Positions 40,554 to 54,398 of a DNA stretch of 64,000 bases are shown here, in pieces. The translations under genes were made by a program, and so were the position numbers. Position 1 is the stretch's first letter. The number at the start of each line of letters is the position of its first letter. The DNA comes from Chrysomallon squamiferum. Lineage: Eukaryota > Animalia > Mollusca. The notes beneath the pieces were generated by a model. It did no database searches. It was not told where the DNA came from and saw nothing but the letters and a program-made list of their open reading frames with translations. The stretch is from positions 14,694,001-14,758,000 of the forward strand of contig CM022665.1 in NCBI GenBank assembly GCA_012295275.1, written 5' to 3'.

Positions 40554-41467
40554 ATTATTTTGTTTTTGTTTTAATTTTTTTTTTTTCTTCTTCTTCTTCT
40601 TTAAATCGCTATATGGTTTAGACTTACGGTCACCAGGAATGAAAACTTGAATGACAGTTATATAATATTTAAATATCAGTACACAACCATAACAATGATA
40701 TTTTAGAACGTGGCATAAAACAAAAATAAAATAAAATGGAAGAGGAAATCTTATACGAAAACATATAATCTTTTTGGTTTTCTTCATGTACATGTAATTA
40801 TATTATTATTTCTTTAATAAAAAAGAATACACATTTACAGGAACACACACATACAGACATACATACACACGCATATAAATACACATACATACATATACAC
40901 ACACACATACATACATACATACATATATACATATATACTACACACATACATGCACCTCTATATACACTTCAACACACATAGCGATGGTAATAATTATATA
41001 AAACACTTATATACATGCGTACATACTGAAAAAACAAAACACTGAAACATTCACAGAATCCTGACACAACCAGGACAATGCACAGTTGGCCTCTGATTTA
41101 CTGCCTGTGGAGTACTGATTAGAACGGGAAAAACAAGGCATAAAAGTGCCATCGCAGTGAATAATGATGCTTCCCGCCTCGTCGATTCTGGCAGAGGGAT
41201 ACGGTGTAAAAGAAGTTAGCCGCCTAGTTAAATTTTATGACAGCGTTTCACAACACAGCAAGTACAGCGTAAACGGATGAAGCGAGAGTTGACATAATAG
41301 TTCATTTAAGTGAATGTTAAAAACTAATTTCATCTCCATTTTCAAACATCTTGCTTTCCGTGGCTGAATAGATTTTATTATAATTTATTTTGTATCATAG
41401 GTTAAAAATAGAGAAATAAAAACTGAGTTGTTTCTGTAAATGTGTGTGAATGTACATATGTGTGTAA

Positions 41468-41660
41468 TAAAGAAAGAACATGTTTTATTTAAAAGCGCAT
41501 TTTATTTACGTTCATAGGAGTCAGTTCTAATGTTAAGGATAATTCAGATAACAAAAAAAGAGAGCTACTGCAGCTACTCATTACTTCCGATTTTTAGATT
41601 CACCATCCCACACACAGGATAGTACATACCACGACCTTTGCTAAACCAGTTGTGGATCAG
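41468..41660 (-). mobile_element. SINE copy, same family
   Basis: ATGTTTTATTTAA..GCGCATTTTATTTACG..GTTAAGGA..CAGATA..CACCATCCCACACACAGGATAGTACATACCACGACCTTTG..ACCAGTTGTGGA; collinear with 25690-25880. Confidence 0.75.
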
Positions 41661-42822
41661 CTTAGGGGCACAGTATTTCAGTAATTAGTTAAAATGGACT
41701 AATCATGCTTATACCAACACACTTGCAAGAAAGGTTTACAAAACAGTATTAATTGATTAATTTGCAGTGGATGTTATGACCTCAGAAGGATTTACTCCAC
41801 CAGTGTATTCAGTTATTATAATGCTTGAGATACATTTGTTTTGTTATAAAAATGATGCTATTTCTTCTTGATTTTATACTGTTTAATACAAACTGTTTTT
41901 CTCCGTTTCCCCATCTGCCTGTCCATTGATGTGGAAAACACCACCATTTGTACTGGCTAAACAGAGAACTGAAATAAGAAAGTTAATAATTATATTATTT
42001 TTATTTTTATTTTTTGTTATTTTATTTTATTTTATTTTCATTTTCATTTTTATTTTTATTTTTTTTTTTATTTTTATTTTTATTTTTATTTTTATTTTTA
42101 TTTTTATTTTTATTTTTATTTTTTGTTTGTTTTGTTTTTGTTTTTGTTTACAAAACCAGACAATTATAAATAATCGACAGTTTGTTCTCACAAAAATATG
42201 TTGACGATAAAATGAACCGCATGATGTATTAACGAATAATTCCGAGTCAACACTGTTTCAGCAGGGCAGTTAAAAAGGGGGTTTCTGGAGGCAAACATAA
42301 ATGAATAATTTTGGGGTAGGGGAGGCGGTTAGGAATAAACAATCATACGCAATTATTTATTTCTTATTTTTTATTGACTTTTTAATGAAGATTAAAAACC
42401 CATCTAACAAGCAAGCATTTGCAAGCAACACCAAAGCTTCAAAGCCAGAATTATGAAGTTAACGTTCACTTACTGAAAGACCAATATTTGCTTTACAATT
42501 TTTTATGCAGACGTTTCATATCCCGACGGGCAGAATACGGCGGTGAATGACACTATTAACATCTGCATTCACCGAACTTTCTGAATTAATCTGACTGAGA
42601 CGCTGCGCTGATACCATTTACCAAATCACAAACATAGATGATTTTTAATTCCCAGACCTGGATATTTCAATGGGTCCGGGCGACATGTGCAGAGTGTCCT
42701 ACAAAGCTATTTGTTGCTGCACCCGCCGAGTCTGCGTCTGAAGGCCCTCAAGCGTGAACCATTACTGGCAACACCGCTGTGGGCAAAATGTCAAATGTAA
42801 GTGTGAACTTGGTGCTATGAGT

Positions 42823-43290
42823 TATTAAAACCAGTGGAGGATCCGGTAAAGTCACTAGAAGAGATACGAGTCTTATAGATAGTCATTTCAAGTCATTTAC
42901 TACTAAATGTTCTAAAAATGGTACGATGCACTTGCTATAAATTATATAAGACTTAAAACTAATGGAGGATCCGGTAAAGTCACTAGAAGAGGTATGGATA
43001 TGACAGATAACCATTTCAAGTATTTCACTGTTAAAAAGTGATTTTTGATATTCTATAAATGGTACAATGCAGCTGGCATATATAAGATATTAACATCATT
43101 GGCGTATCTTGAAAGTTATATGGAGAGATATAGATAAGAGATATCGATTTAACAAAATCAAAAGTCTGTCTACCAAAGAGATATATTTATGTCGTTCTCA
43201 TCCAGCTGATGTTGTATATTATTAAAATCAATGGTGGATTACGTTAAGTCTCTGGAAGAGGTGTAGGTGTGAATCATTTGAAGTTAAAAT
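42823..43290. repeat. Degenerate ~130 bp tandem repeat, ~4 units
   Basis: Units 1 and 2 share an identical 29-mer TGGAGGATCCGGTAAAGTCACTAGAAGAG plus CATTTCAAGT and AAATGGTAC.ATGCA; units 3 and 4 are more decayed. Confidence 0.8.
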
Positions 43291-43589
43291 CTTCAAAAAT
43301 ATTTTTATCTTAAAGAGAGAAATTTGTTTTACAAAAAATCTTCTTTCTGTTGTTGCACAGTATGGCAATAATGACACATTTATCGTGTAATTTATTTAAT
43401 TGTCTGTTCGGTTTAGAATCACTTGTACATAATTTAATCACAATTTTTAATATAATAAATAATATAATTTCCCGATGTTTCCTAAGTTTTTATTGAGCTA
43501 TTTAACTCCATTAAATTGTTTAAATGTGTATTTATAAAATTTCGGAGGAAGGGTAGGAATTCTCAGTTTTCTCATACAATGATGAATAT

Positions 43590-43745
43590 AAGAACTGGAA
43601 CCCGCTGCATTCATCTACTGTTTGTTCTTATCGTACAGCAATAACATCCTTTCACATCTGCCTTCCCATAGACAGGAACACATACTACGGCCTTTAATAA
43701 ATCAGATGCTGAGGCACACTGGAATGGGAAAATAGTTCTGCGGGA
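43590..43745 (-). mobile_element. SINE copy, same family
   Basis: GGAACCCGCTGC..CAGCAA..ATCCTTT..CCCATAGACAGGAACACATACTACGGCCTTT..GCACACTGGAATGGGAAAATAG. Confidence 0.65.
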
Positions 43746-44293
43746 TACCACTTTATATTACGTTTATTTTAATATGATATTAGTCATTTGAATATTGTAG
43801 AGGTGTTATAAGAATAATACATAAGAAATCTCATTCATGTACAGAGCAAAAATTAATGAACAATTCTGAGTGGATAACAAGCAGAAACCCACAAATGATA
43901 CATGCTTGAAGGGTTCAATTCAAAAGCAAAACATTTTCCTTTAACGTAGGATTGACTTATTCTAAACAGGTGTCCGCTCTGACGAGAGTACTCTAGTCGC
44001 CTTTGTTAAATGTGAAAATCTTGCTGAAATGGTTAATGATCCATATTATACAAATCTTAGCATGTCGCACATAGCTAATTATTGCCATGGCGTCATGTCT
44101 TGTAACGCACCAGAGGCCAAATATCGTCATTGTTGGATAACCAGTCGAACATTAATTAACACGGTAGGATTTTTAAACACATATGCATTTTCAGCAGGCG
44201 AGGCTTCAAAACAGTTTCTGATAAATGAGTGAAGTCTGTTTTAAATTCTTCTGCATCCGTGTCTTTAAATTTAAATGTATATATCAGTTGTGA

Positions 44294-44371
<78 letters not shown>

Positions 44372-44374
44372 ATA

Positions 44375-44449
44375 GTGTGTCTGTTCATCTGTGTTTGTGA
44401 ATGAAATGTGTGTCTGTTCATCTGTGTTTGTGAATGAAATGTGTGTCTG
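44375..44449. repeat. 33-bp exact tandem duplication
   Basis: GTGTGTCTGTTCATCTGTGTTTGTGAATGAAAT x2 plus a partial copy, next to (TG)n(AG)n. Confidence 0.85.
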
Positions 44450-44508
44450 AGCTTTACTGATATGTCTCACTTTATTTACATAGTATACATGTAAATTAAA
44501 AAAAAAAA

Positions 44509-44541
<33 letters not shown>

Positions 44542-45792
44542 ATAGAAGAGGACGAAGAAGAAACATTAGCAGACAATTATTCCTTTTAACAAAAATATTA
44601 TGTTTTAATCTACGACATATGTTGAAAGTTGAAACTGAAAATAATTATGAATATTAAACTTATAATCAATTTATACCAGACTGTTAAAAAGAAAGACTGT
44701 ATCCATGCTGGTTTTATTTTTATTTTTTATTTTTTTTTTTTTTTTTTTGCAGGTAATTTTAGTCAGTCAATAAATTGGGTAATGAAAGTTTCCCTGACTA
44801 TATTATCCTTCCAGTTAATATGGTGTCATGATTCGATCCATGTACCTTGATGTCCAAAAGATTGAATAAGCAGGCTACTAAACCTGTCAGGGAAAAAAAA
44901 AAAAAAAATGTTGTTTACTACTTTTCTAATAGATGTTATGATTCCTCACTAGGAGAGATGTTTTGTAGTTTCTTTGCATTATGAAAGGATAATCCAGAAG
45001 AAGATAAAAAAAAAAAAAATAATAATAAAAAAATAAGAAGGAAGAAAAACTATAAATTTTGTTGACAACATCTTATTATAATCCAATACAACCCGAACTT
45101 GACATCCTTTTCATGCCCGTTAAGAAAGTGGCTGTACATAATTGCATACAAATCAAACCATTAAGAAATCCCCCATGACCCGGTATCCATGCGTACCTGT
45201 TGTACACAGAGCATCAGTCAGAACCCAAAACCATTTTGTCCCGTGTTTACAGGGGGTCGGCGGGACAAATTTACCTTTGTATTGTGAGAAATATTGTACC
45301 CTACTTCAAAGGTGTGGTCGATTAAATAAAAACACTTATCTAGCAAGTGGTTCTCACCGGATAACGATTCACAGTGGAATCCTGGGGTAGGTTTGTACAG
45401 AGACAGAAAACGATAATAATTAACTGTTTGATTTGATGTCTTTTGAACTCTAGATCCGCCACTGGAGATCTTTGTTAGTTAGTAATTCATAACGAATGAA
45501 ATGGTATTTCAGACAGGAAACTTTGTTGTGTTTTTTTTTTTTTTTTTTTTTTGTTAATGATAAATTTCCAAGGTCGAAGTAAGTTGCATGGTATATCCGG
45601 GTAATTTATTGTAACAAATGTATGGTGAGGTTTTTAGGAAAAATAAAATAAAAAGAATGAAGAAGTGACTGAAGAACTGAGATATGGAAAGGGTCATATG
45701 TGTTGGTTATTATTATTATTACTTTCCTTATTTATTATTATTGTGCTTTTTTTCTTTCTTCTGTTTTTGTAGGTTTTGGGGTGTTTTTTTCA

Positions 45793-45864
<72 letters not shown>

Positions 45865-46001
45865 AACTAACATACAAGTAAATGATGATGTTGCTTTAAA
45901 TTTATTTTCTTTATATTTGTTAGATTGTTGTTGTTGTTTGTTTTCGGTTTTTGAGTGTGTGTTTTTTTTTTTTTTTTCATCATGATATTCTTCTCCTTCT
46001 T

Positions 46002-46032
<31 letters not shown>

Positions 46033-46876
46033 TTATTATTATTATTATTATTATTATTTCTTTCAGGCGGTCATAGTGATTAACGACAGACACTAGTTTC
46101 TTTTCTGCTCTTGGACAAGCAGACATACTGCAAACATGAGCTTTTTAGCCATCCTGCCACCTGGTGACAAAATGATGTAGAGGAGAGTGCACGCGCTTTG
46201 TCAAAGGTTAACATTTGCATTTGGTTGCGTGTACTAAATTCGTCATATGTGTCAAAAGAGTCAATGTGGGCTTCGTGTTACGCGACCTTTGCAAAAAAAG
46301 AGAAAAAGGTCACATAATAGCCGGCTTGACTGGTTTTTGCAATTAATATCGCTGAAAAGTGGCAGAAATTACCCACCACTCATTGCTGCTAACAAAAACA
46401 TTTTGTCAGTTATTATTATTAATGTTATCATTGTTATTATTATTATTATACATTTTTTTTTTTTTTTTTCAAAGATAATTTCATGGATATTTTAAAAAGA
46501 AAAAAGAAAAGAGAATTTATTGGTTATGCCATAATTTTATTTGATGAGTAATTTGCGTGCTAAGTCTCGATATGTTAAACCGCGAGAGAAACCAGTCGAC
46601 GATGTATGCCGAAAATGTTAGTACCGCTTCATGTATTAGTTGTCAAATTTTCTGAATAGTGTTCTTTTTGTAAAAGGTGTCCGTGTAGTAAACTATTAGC
46701 ATTTGTTGTATATTTGATTCTGCTGATTCAAGGTATAGCAGTATCTGTTCAATCTAAGCGTTCTTGTGGTCTAAACAAATACCAAGAAGGCAGACTTGAA
46801 GTCGCCTGAACTAACATATCAATAAAATAAAACCACTTAGTGGGGTATCCCACACAAACAAACACACACACACATA

Positions 46877-46904
46877 TGTATGGTGTATATATATATAAAT
46901 ACAT

Positions 46905-46938
<34 letters not shown>

Positions 46939-46993
46939 CAAACAGACGTGTGTGTACGTGTGTACATGTATTTATATATATATACACCATACA
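46877..46993. repeat. Perfect 36-bp inverted repeat with a 45-nt loop
   Basis: TGTATGGTGTATATATATATAAATACATGTACACAC (46877-46912) is the exact reverse complement of 46958-46993. Confidence 0.9.
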
Positions 46994-47124
46994 CACTCAG
47001 ACACACATACACACATGTACGCACGTATACAACATAATTATATAAATAATTAAAATAAAATAAAGAGTTACATTCATTACATTTTAAAGAAGAAAGAAAA
47101 ACCGAAAATAAATAAATAAATAAC

Positions 47125-47162
<38 letters not shown>

Positions 47163-47546
47163 TAATAATTCTATTATGGCATTTTATTGAAATCCTTAAG
47201 AATGGTCAAATATATCATTAGAAAGACTAAGACTATAACGCCAGATTTCGGGGAAATATCAGACAAAAGGATGAACAGACAGTATCAGAATGATATTATG
47301 AGAAAATAAACAAGGTAAATAGAAACAAAGTAGAAGTAACAGGAGTAGAGGACTATTATTATTATTAGTAGTAGTTGTGTAGTAGTAGTAGTAATAGTAG
47401 TAGCAACACTAATAGAGTAGTAGTAGTAGTAGTAAAAATAGTAGTAGTAGCAGCAGTAAGAATAGGTGTCGGCAGCAACAACAGCAGCAAAACGTCTAAT
47501 ATTTTCTACAGTAAGAGTAACCAGTATGATGATGATGATGACGATG

Positions 47547-47585
<39 letters not shown>

Positions 47586-48554
47586 CAGTGAAATTTTTTA
47601 TTTATTTTATTTCTTGCATGTAATTAATTTCAAAATAATACAGAAACAATGACAAAGCAAAAAAATGTTCTCTCTCAAACTGGATCCCCCACCTACGTCT
47701 CTGACGTCAGCAAATCCCACACGTCTCCTGGTCACCGTATTCGTTTCTCCCACAACGACGTCCCACGAACAATGTTCTTTTCAAAATTTATACCTCTACA
47801 CATCTTTCGTGCGGGATCGTAATTAGATTACGAGTAAGGCGAGCGCCCCCTATCGATAACAATCGACCTGGCCTTACGTTCTGACATTTTACATTTTTGT
47901 TGTTTGTGTACAAAGCAGTTTGTCTTGAGGCATTGATCCGGGTGTCGCAGTACTGTAACTTGACTACGAAATTGGTTAATCCGGGCAACGGAAGCGAGCT
48001 TATAACATGCTCGGCGTGGGATAATGCGAATACAGTATAGAACACCACAAAGGAAATAATTATAAGAAAAGACACGTGTTATGTAGACGGGTACTCGACT
48101 GAATACTGATTTTTTTTCTTTCTCTCTTCCCCCAACGTTATGATGAAATAATTTACGTTTGTTATTATTATTATTATTATTATTATATTTGCTTTATTTA
48201 TTTATTTATTTATTTATGGGGATTACTGTTTTAATTTTCTTTTGAATATATTCAAATAGACAAATAAACAAATAAAAACAAACAAAACAACAACAATAAA
48301 TAAATAAAATAAAATAAAAACTAAAAAAGAAGAAGAAGAAGAAAGAAAGAAAGAAAGAAAGAATTTAAAAATTAAAAATTAAAAGCAAAACCTCCAAAAC
48401 AACCCAGAACGTAAAAACCTTGTGATGATAACTGAAGAATGAAGATTTATCATGAATGCAACAAAAAACTGATAGGGGAGGATTCCTTTATTTCATTAAC
48501 GATTCTCAGATTCATTAATTAAACGGGGGAAAAAAAAATCCATTCATGTTCTTG

Positions 48555-48588
<34 letters not shown>

Positions 48589-49266
48589 TTATATCTTCCC
48601 ACCATTTTTGTTTCATTATTATTTACGTATATCGCATATATTTTAAAAGAACTAAACTTCTGTGGTATACCGAGCTGAAATTGCAGGAGAACCATAGTTT
48701 TTCTACTTCTTCCCCCCCCCTTGTTGTTGGTTTCGTTGTCGTTGTCGTCGTCGTCATGGGTGTTGTTGTTGTTGATGATGACGATGATGATGTTCTCTTT
48801 CTTTTATTAAAGTTTACGATCTGTAAAGTCACTTTTGAGTTGCTCTCTGGTCGAGGTTTGGTATGAAATTACATATAAAACTAACTACTTGTGGTTCATT
48901 GGATCTTCTAGATGAATTTAAACAGTACACCGTACAACATTTACTGAGAATAAAGCCCAAGCATAGATCCTGGAAAATGAATCCTATGCATTTTATAAGC
49001 AAATAGTCCGTGGAATGAAATATTCAGGTAAAATAGAAAGAGGGGATAAAATAAAACCAGTTAAGATAAACTGAGAATAATGACTGTAAGAAAAATGCAA
49101 ATCATAAAAGATTTACTTAGCTTCAAAAAAAAAAAAAAAAAAAAAAAAAAGCACACACACACATATACACATATATAAATAATTATTTAAAAAAATGGCA
49201 ATAACAGAAATAGTAAGTAGTACTAGAAATGATAGAGGAGTAGTAATAGTAATATAGTATTAGTAT

Positions 49267-49533
49267 CAGTGGCGTCCAGAGGCGGAGGGCCGAAAGGGCG
49301 GTGGCCCCGGGCATCCAAATGAGGGGACATCCAAACAGAGAAAATAACTTAATAAATTTGGTTGATTTATATTTAAATCGAGTAATGTCTTTGTTATGTT
49401 TCATCAGTGTTTACATATTCAAAATATCTTCCTTTCTCGTAATATTTCTCAGTTTTAGGCCTTATACTTGAGTCTTTGGGCCATACAATCAAGGAGTTGG
49501 TCCTGAGCATCACCAGACATCTGCACGCCATTG
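49267..49533. mobile_element. hAT-like MITE (~267 bp)
   Basis: TIRs CAGTGGCGTCCAGAGG / CATCTGCACGCCATTG; GC-rich subterminal GGCCCCGGGCATC mirrored by GGTCCTGAGCATC; degenerate flanking duplication TATTAGTA / TATCAGTA. Confidence 0.7.
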
Positions 49534-51336
49534 TATCAGTAGCTTTTGTTCTTGTTGCAACATAAGCAAAAGTAACAGTGGTGACAATTAATACTGAAGT
49601 CGATTGGCAGCACTTATGCTTTCTTATTTAAACTGAGATGCAGTCTGTGATAGCAGCAACAGCACTAGAACAATATCAGCATATGTAACCCATCTGTGTC
49701 ACCTCTCCTTTTTCCCACCACGAACAATTCCAAACTGCCGAGGGTCATTAAATGGATTAAAATGTAAATGCAAATTCTGATCTTGTTTTCTGCAGCAGAT
49801 AGCATAATATTTGTGTTTTCAAATAATTCATGGTTATTATAGTCATGCCTCTAACATAGCTTTTAGACGCGTGGAAAGATTTATATTTGCAAAGCCAATC
49901 TCCTTTCGTATATCCCAGATTATAATTTGAGTTCGGGTCAAGACAACACTAAAAATTGGCCGACCTTGCAGACGATGTTCCAAATTTACGAGGGCAACGC
50001 GCGCTCACGATCACTTTATTTGGCCTCATAATTTGGCCTGAATAATGCTGGTCGTCTGTCGATGCTGCCATCAAGCGGAAATCGTTGTCGCCAAGAGGGA
50101 TAACTCCGAAATGTTATTCGATTGAAAAGCTAATTCAACGAAATGGTTGACCAAAGATGGTTCTTTTAGTATTGAAAGGAATTGCATCATACATCTACTG
50201 ATTGAATCAGCCATGGCTAAGTGAAATAACCGTTTTCTTGCCCAAAGGCGCTTTGAGCATTTCAGATAAATATTTTCGCAAATTTAGGCCAAAAGTCGAT
50301 AATAGCAAAAGCGAAAACACTTTAGCCATTACCAAAGCCGAAAGATATCAATGACGTCACATTGCTTGTATTTTATTTTCTAAGTATTTTGTGTGTGATG
50401 TAATGGTTTATTGAAGCGAAAGAGGCAATATGCTAAGACATAATCATTCTTAAGCCATTATTTAAACGTGTGTGATGTAAATTAATAATCCTTCTCCTTG
50501 ACTTTTATTTTTCTCTGTGTTTGTTCCACTGAGGATTTTGTTGATTACTTCTTATCTGATAAGCCACCAGCCTCAAGCGTGATGATTTAATCAAAACTAT
50601 TGAGACTGGTCACTTTATTTCAAAATTCTGTTATTGGAATTAGTGTTCTTTCAATGTACATTCTGATGTTTACTGTTCAAGTAACTAGCAATTTCATTAA
50701 ATGGGATAAAAACTTAGAATCTGGAGCTAATGTTACGTAAATACTTGAACATAAAGTTAAATAATAACACTAATAGTAATAACAATAATAATAATAATAG
50801 TAATAGTAATAATAATAATAACAATACCAACAGCAATAACAAGAAGAAGAAGACGTTATGGACAAACGCACAAAACATATGTCATGGCGATATGAATTAA
50901 TAATGACAACAAGATTATGATTATGATGACAATGGTGGAATGATGATCAGAAGATCATAATGATTGTTAGAAAACTAATTAAAATATAAATAAAAGCAAG
51001 CGATTCATCTGTAGTGATTTGCATTTGCATCGCTAAAACGTCGGTCAGATATCAGTTTCCTTATCATCTTTCTTATTTAACTCTTAACAGTTAAAAAACT
51101 CAACGAAGTTTATTAAATCAGACAACTTTTATTTCCTCGCCGAACATTCTGCTTTAAATTGGGTCTTAAAATCAAGACTTTAAAACTCACTCTTTCATAA
51201 AATCTTCCCAGCTCCAGTCTCGAGGGAAGAAGTCCATTTGACATTTCAGATGGTTATTGGAAGATCAGTTAATGAGAAATGTCACATGAACCCAGCATGA
51301 AGAAAATAAAATAGAAGTGGTGATAGCTGCTATAAA

Positions 51337-51387
<51 letters not shown>

Positions 51388-51657
51388 AGTGAGTGTGAGT
51401 GTGTAGTAATAGTTATTGTATTATAGTAATAGAGTAGTGGTGGTAGTTGTGGTATAGTAATTAATTCTGTAAAATGCATGTCTCTATGAAGTATATATGT
51501 AGTAATCGTTGTTATTGTTGTTACAGAGTGATAGTGGCAGCTGGTACGTATGTAGCAGTAACTGCAATATAGTGTTGATAGTTGTAAAATGTATCTCTTT
51601 CGATGCGTTTTGTTGCATACTGTAGTAGTTATTATAATACTTAATAGTTGTAATAAC

Positions 51658-51709
<52 letters not shown>

Positions 51710-53598
51710 ACAACGGCGGTTGTGTAATCGTAGACTTAACAGTAGTTGTAATAATGCAATAGAAGTAGTAGCAAATGTAGTAGTAGTATTCCCAGTAATA
51801 GCATTAGTTGTAGCAATAGAGATTGCTGTAATAGTAGTGGTGGAGGTAGTTCTGATCGTGGGAGTAGTAGTAACAATTGTTATAGCAACAGTAGTAACAA
51901 TATTAGCAACAATAATGGTGTCGTTTTATTTAACTGCACGTAGATCGACGGAGAATTTTAGTTTTTTTTGTTTTGTTTTTGTGTTTGTTGTTCGAGTTCA
52001 GGCACAGTGTGGTATAAGATAGAAATCAGCACTGCGTATTTGTTACATTACACTAGACACGGATTACTTGTTGACAGTGTGTGGTGCCAGCTTGGCATGG
52101 GGTTGGTGTCTCTCGTTGGTGTTATATAATACAGCCATTAGATACTCGCCACCACGTTGTGGCGTTTGAAACTTTTGTGCAGCAACGTTGTTGGGGAGAA
52201 TTAACGTCATCGTCCAGTTAGTGTTTTATATTTATGTTATTTTATCTGTAGATGTGCAGTCTGTCTTGATATCGGAGTGTCCATCGTACACAAAATTTTA
52301 AAAAAATATAAAAAATAAAAACAATACCATGGGATTTTCTGACAAAATTGGGCAGAGATAGGTGGCTTTAGTCTATAAAAGTACAGGGTTTTTTTTGTTC
52401 GTTTGTATGTTGTTGCTGTTTTTGTTTTTAGGATGTTTTATTTTTTTATTTATTATTATTTATTTGTTATTTTATTTTATTTATTTTTTTTCTGTTTATT
52501 ACTATAGAGAAAGATGCTTTTAGTACTTATTTTAATTTTAATTTAATATTAATTTAAAAACGCCGAATTTCATTTTATTTTCTCTTTTGAGAAGCATTTT
52601 CAAGCATTTGTTTGAATTTGCAAAATAGCTTTTTGATCACGAATTGTTTGTTCATTTGTTAGTTCATTTTATGCTGTGGTATTCATTTATTCATTAATTC
52701 ATTCATTTATAGAAGGTGTAATGTCGAAGTTTTTGTTTCAGTGCACATACTTTCAGTGACCATAGGATCACAATATGTCTTGACTCGAATAGGTTAATCG
52801 AACACGTTGAGGTTCGATTTAAATACATATATCTTCTGATTAAGTAATTCGTTAGCTCCATATAATAAATAATGGCGTTTTATGTTGTCACAATTTATTA
52901 CTGTCACAGAGGGATTTAGCAACAAATTCATATGCAACAATTATGGACTATTTTTACTTGACACAGTTATGTGTTAATGATTATACGATTACTAATGACA
53001 ATATTGGAAACGAACCCAGCTACCGTAAAATGAGGCCAACTGTTACCCAACTCACAGCAGTAGATGTTTGTTTCGTAAACATTTTTCTGCGTATCATCGC
53101 CGTCGATGCATCAGTTATGAATTTCTGTGTGGAACTGGATGTGGTCCACTGATGGTAAAGAATTGTTCTGCGACCGATTGCTAGGTATTTTTAATATCCA
53201 TTTAACTATTTGCACAGTTGTGTGTTAATACGTAATGGCGAGATGGTGTGATGGTATTGTGTAACAGAATTCGACTATGAAAACGAAATCGTTAACGTAT
53301 ACGCATCACCGAAACAGCATGACCGATTACGAGAAGTGATACAGATTTTAAATAGATTTACACTGGCGGTGACCGGCTGTGCAGTCATCTGTTGCAGTTT
53401 GATCGACTGTCAGCCATTCCAAACTCTTGCTGCGTGGAAAGTCTCGGTGCATGTACTAAGTAACCTGATACGTATGTGAAAACAGACTCTCTGACATGTA
53501 CTAACGTGTTAACTTGCTAACAGTCCCAGCTTGAGATGTATAATGTATGTGTCTGTGTGTGTGAGGACTGTGTGTGTGTGTGTTTGTATGTATGTATG

Positions 53599-53632
<34 letters not shown>

Positions 53633-54398
53633 TGTATGTATGTATGTATGTATGTATGTATGTATGTAGGTGGGTAGGTAGGTAGGTAGGTAGATAGACA
53701 GGTCGGTAGGTAGGTAGGACCACATACATACATACATTCATTATATACACTTACACATGTACACATGCACATATATACAGATGGCATTCATTTGTTCCAC
53801 TTATTTTTACATTAGACAAACACTGATAGATCGCGTTCCCATGACAAGCGTGCATAACAACAATTTGCGCTGACCACTACATGGTCATTGTAAGATACTT
53901 CTATAAATATCAGACTAGTTCAGTGGTTTACGTGACTTAAAGCTTGGAAACTCTAATTTCGTATACTTATACGATTCTTTTCTAAGAAACTTTGTTTTGT
54001 AGCTATGATTATACAGTCTATAAAATCACTACTTTAATTCTACACTGGGCAGCCATTTCAGGCCCACAAAAGACTTGTTTTGCGTTGACTGGAATGGTGA
54101 AGTGTTTCTAAACCAATTTAAGACTGCGGTCATCATTACAGATAAATGAGCGCCCGGGAAACACAATTTTACAGCGTGCTTGATATTCAAATAACCATTA
54201 TTTCCGAGTTCAGAATACAAAATTACTGGTTTCTACATTATCAAGAAAAATATTCACTATAAATAAAGGTGTTTTTTTTTGTTTGTTTATTTATTTATTT
54301 ATTTATTTATTTATTTTAAATTGATACATTATTATTATTTTCTAGGTATAGAATGTATTTTATATTTTATTATTAGAATCCGGATGTTATAAATAATA

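Noticed and set aside
42823-43290. CRISPR-like repeat-spacer appearance
   Set aside because: Eukaryotic context, no cas genes, and the intervening segments are ~100 bp and homologous to each other.
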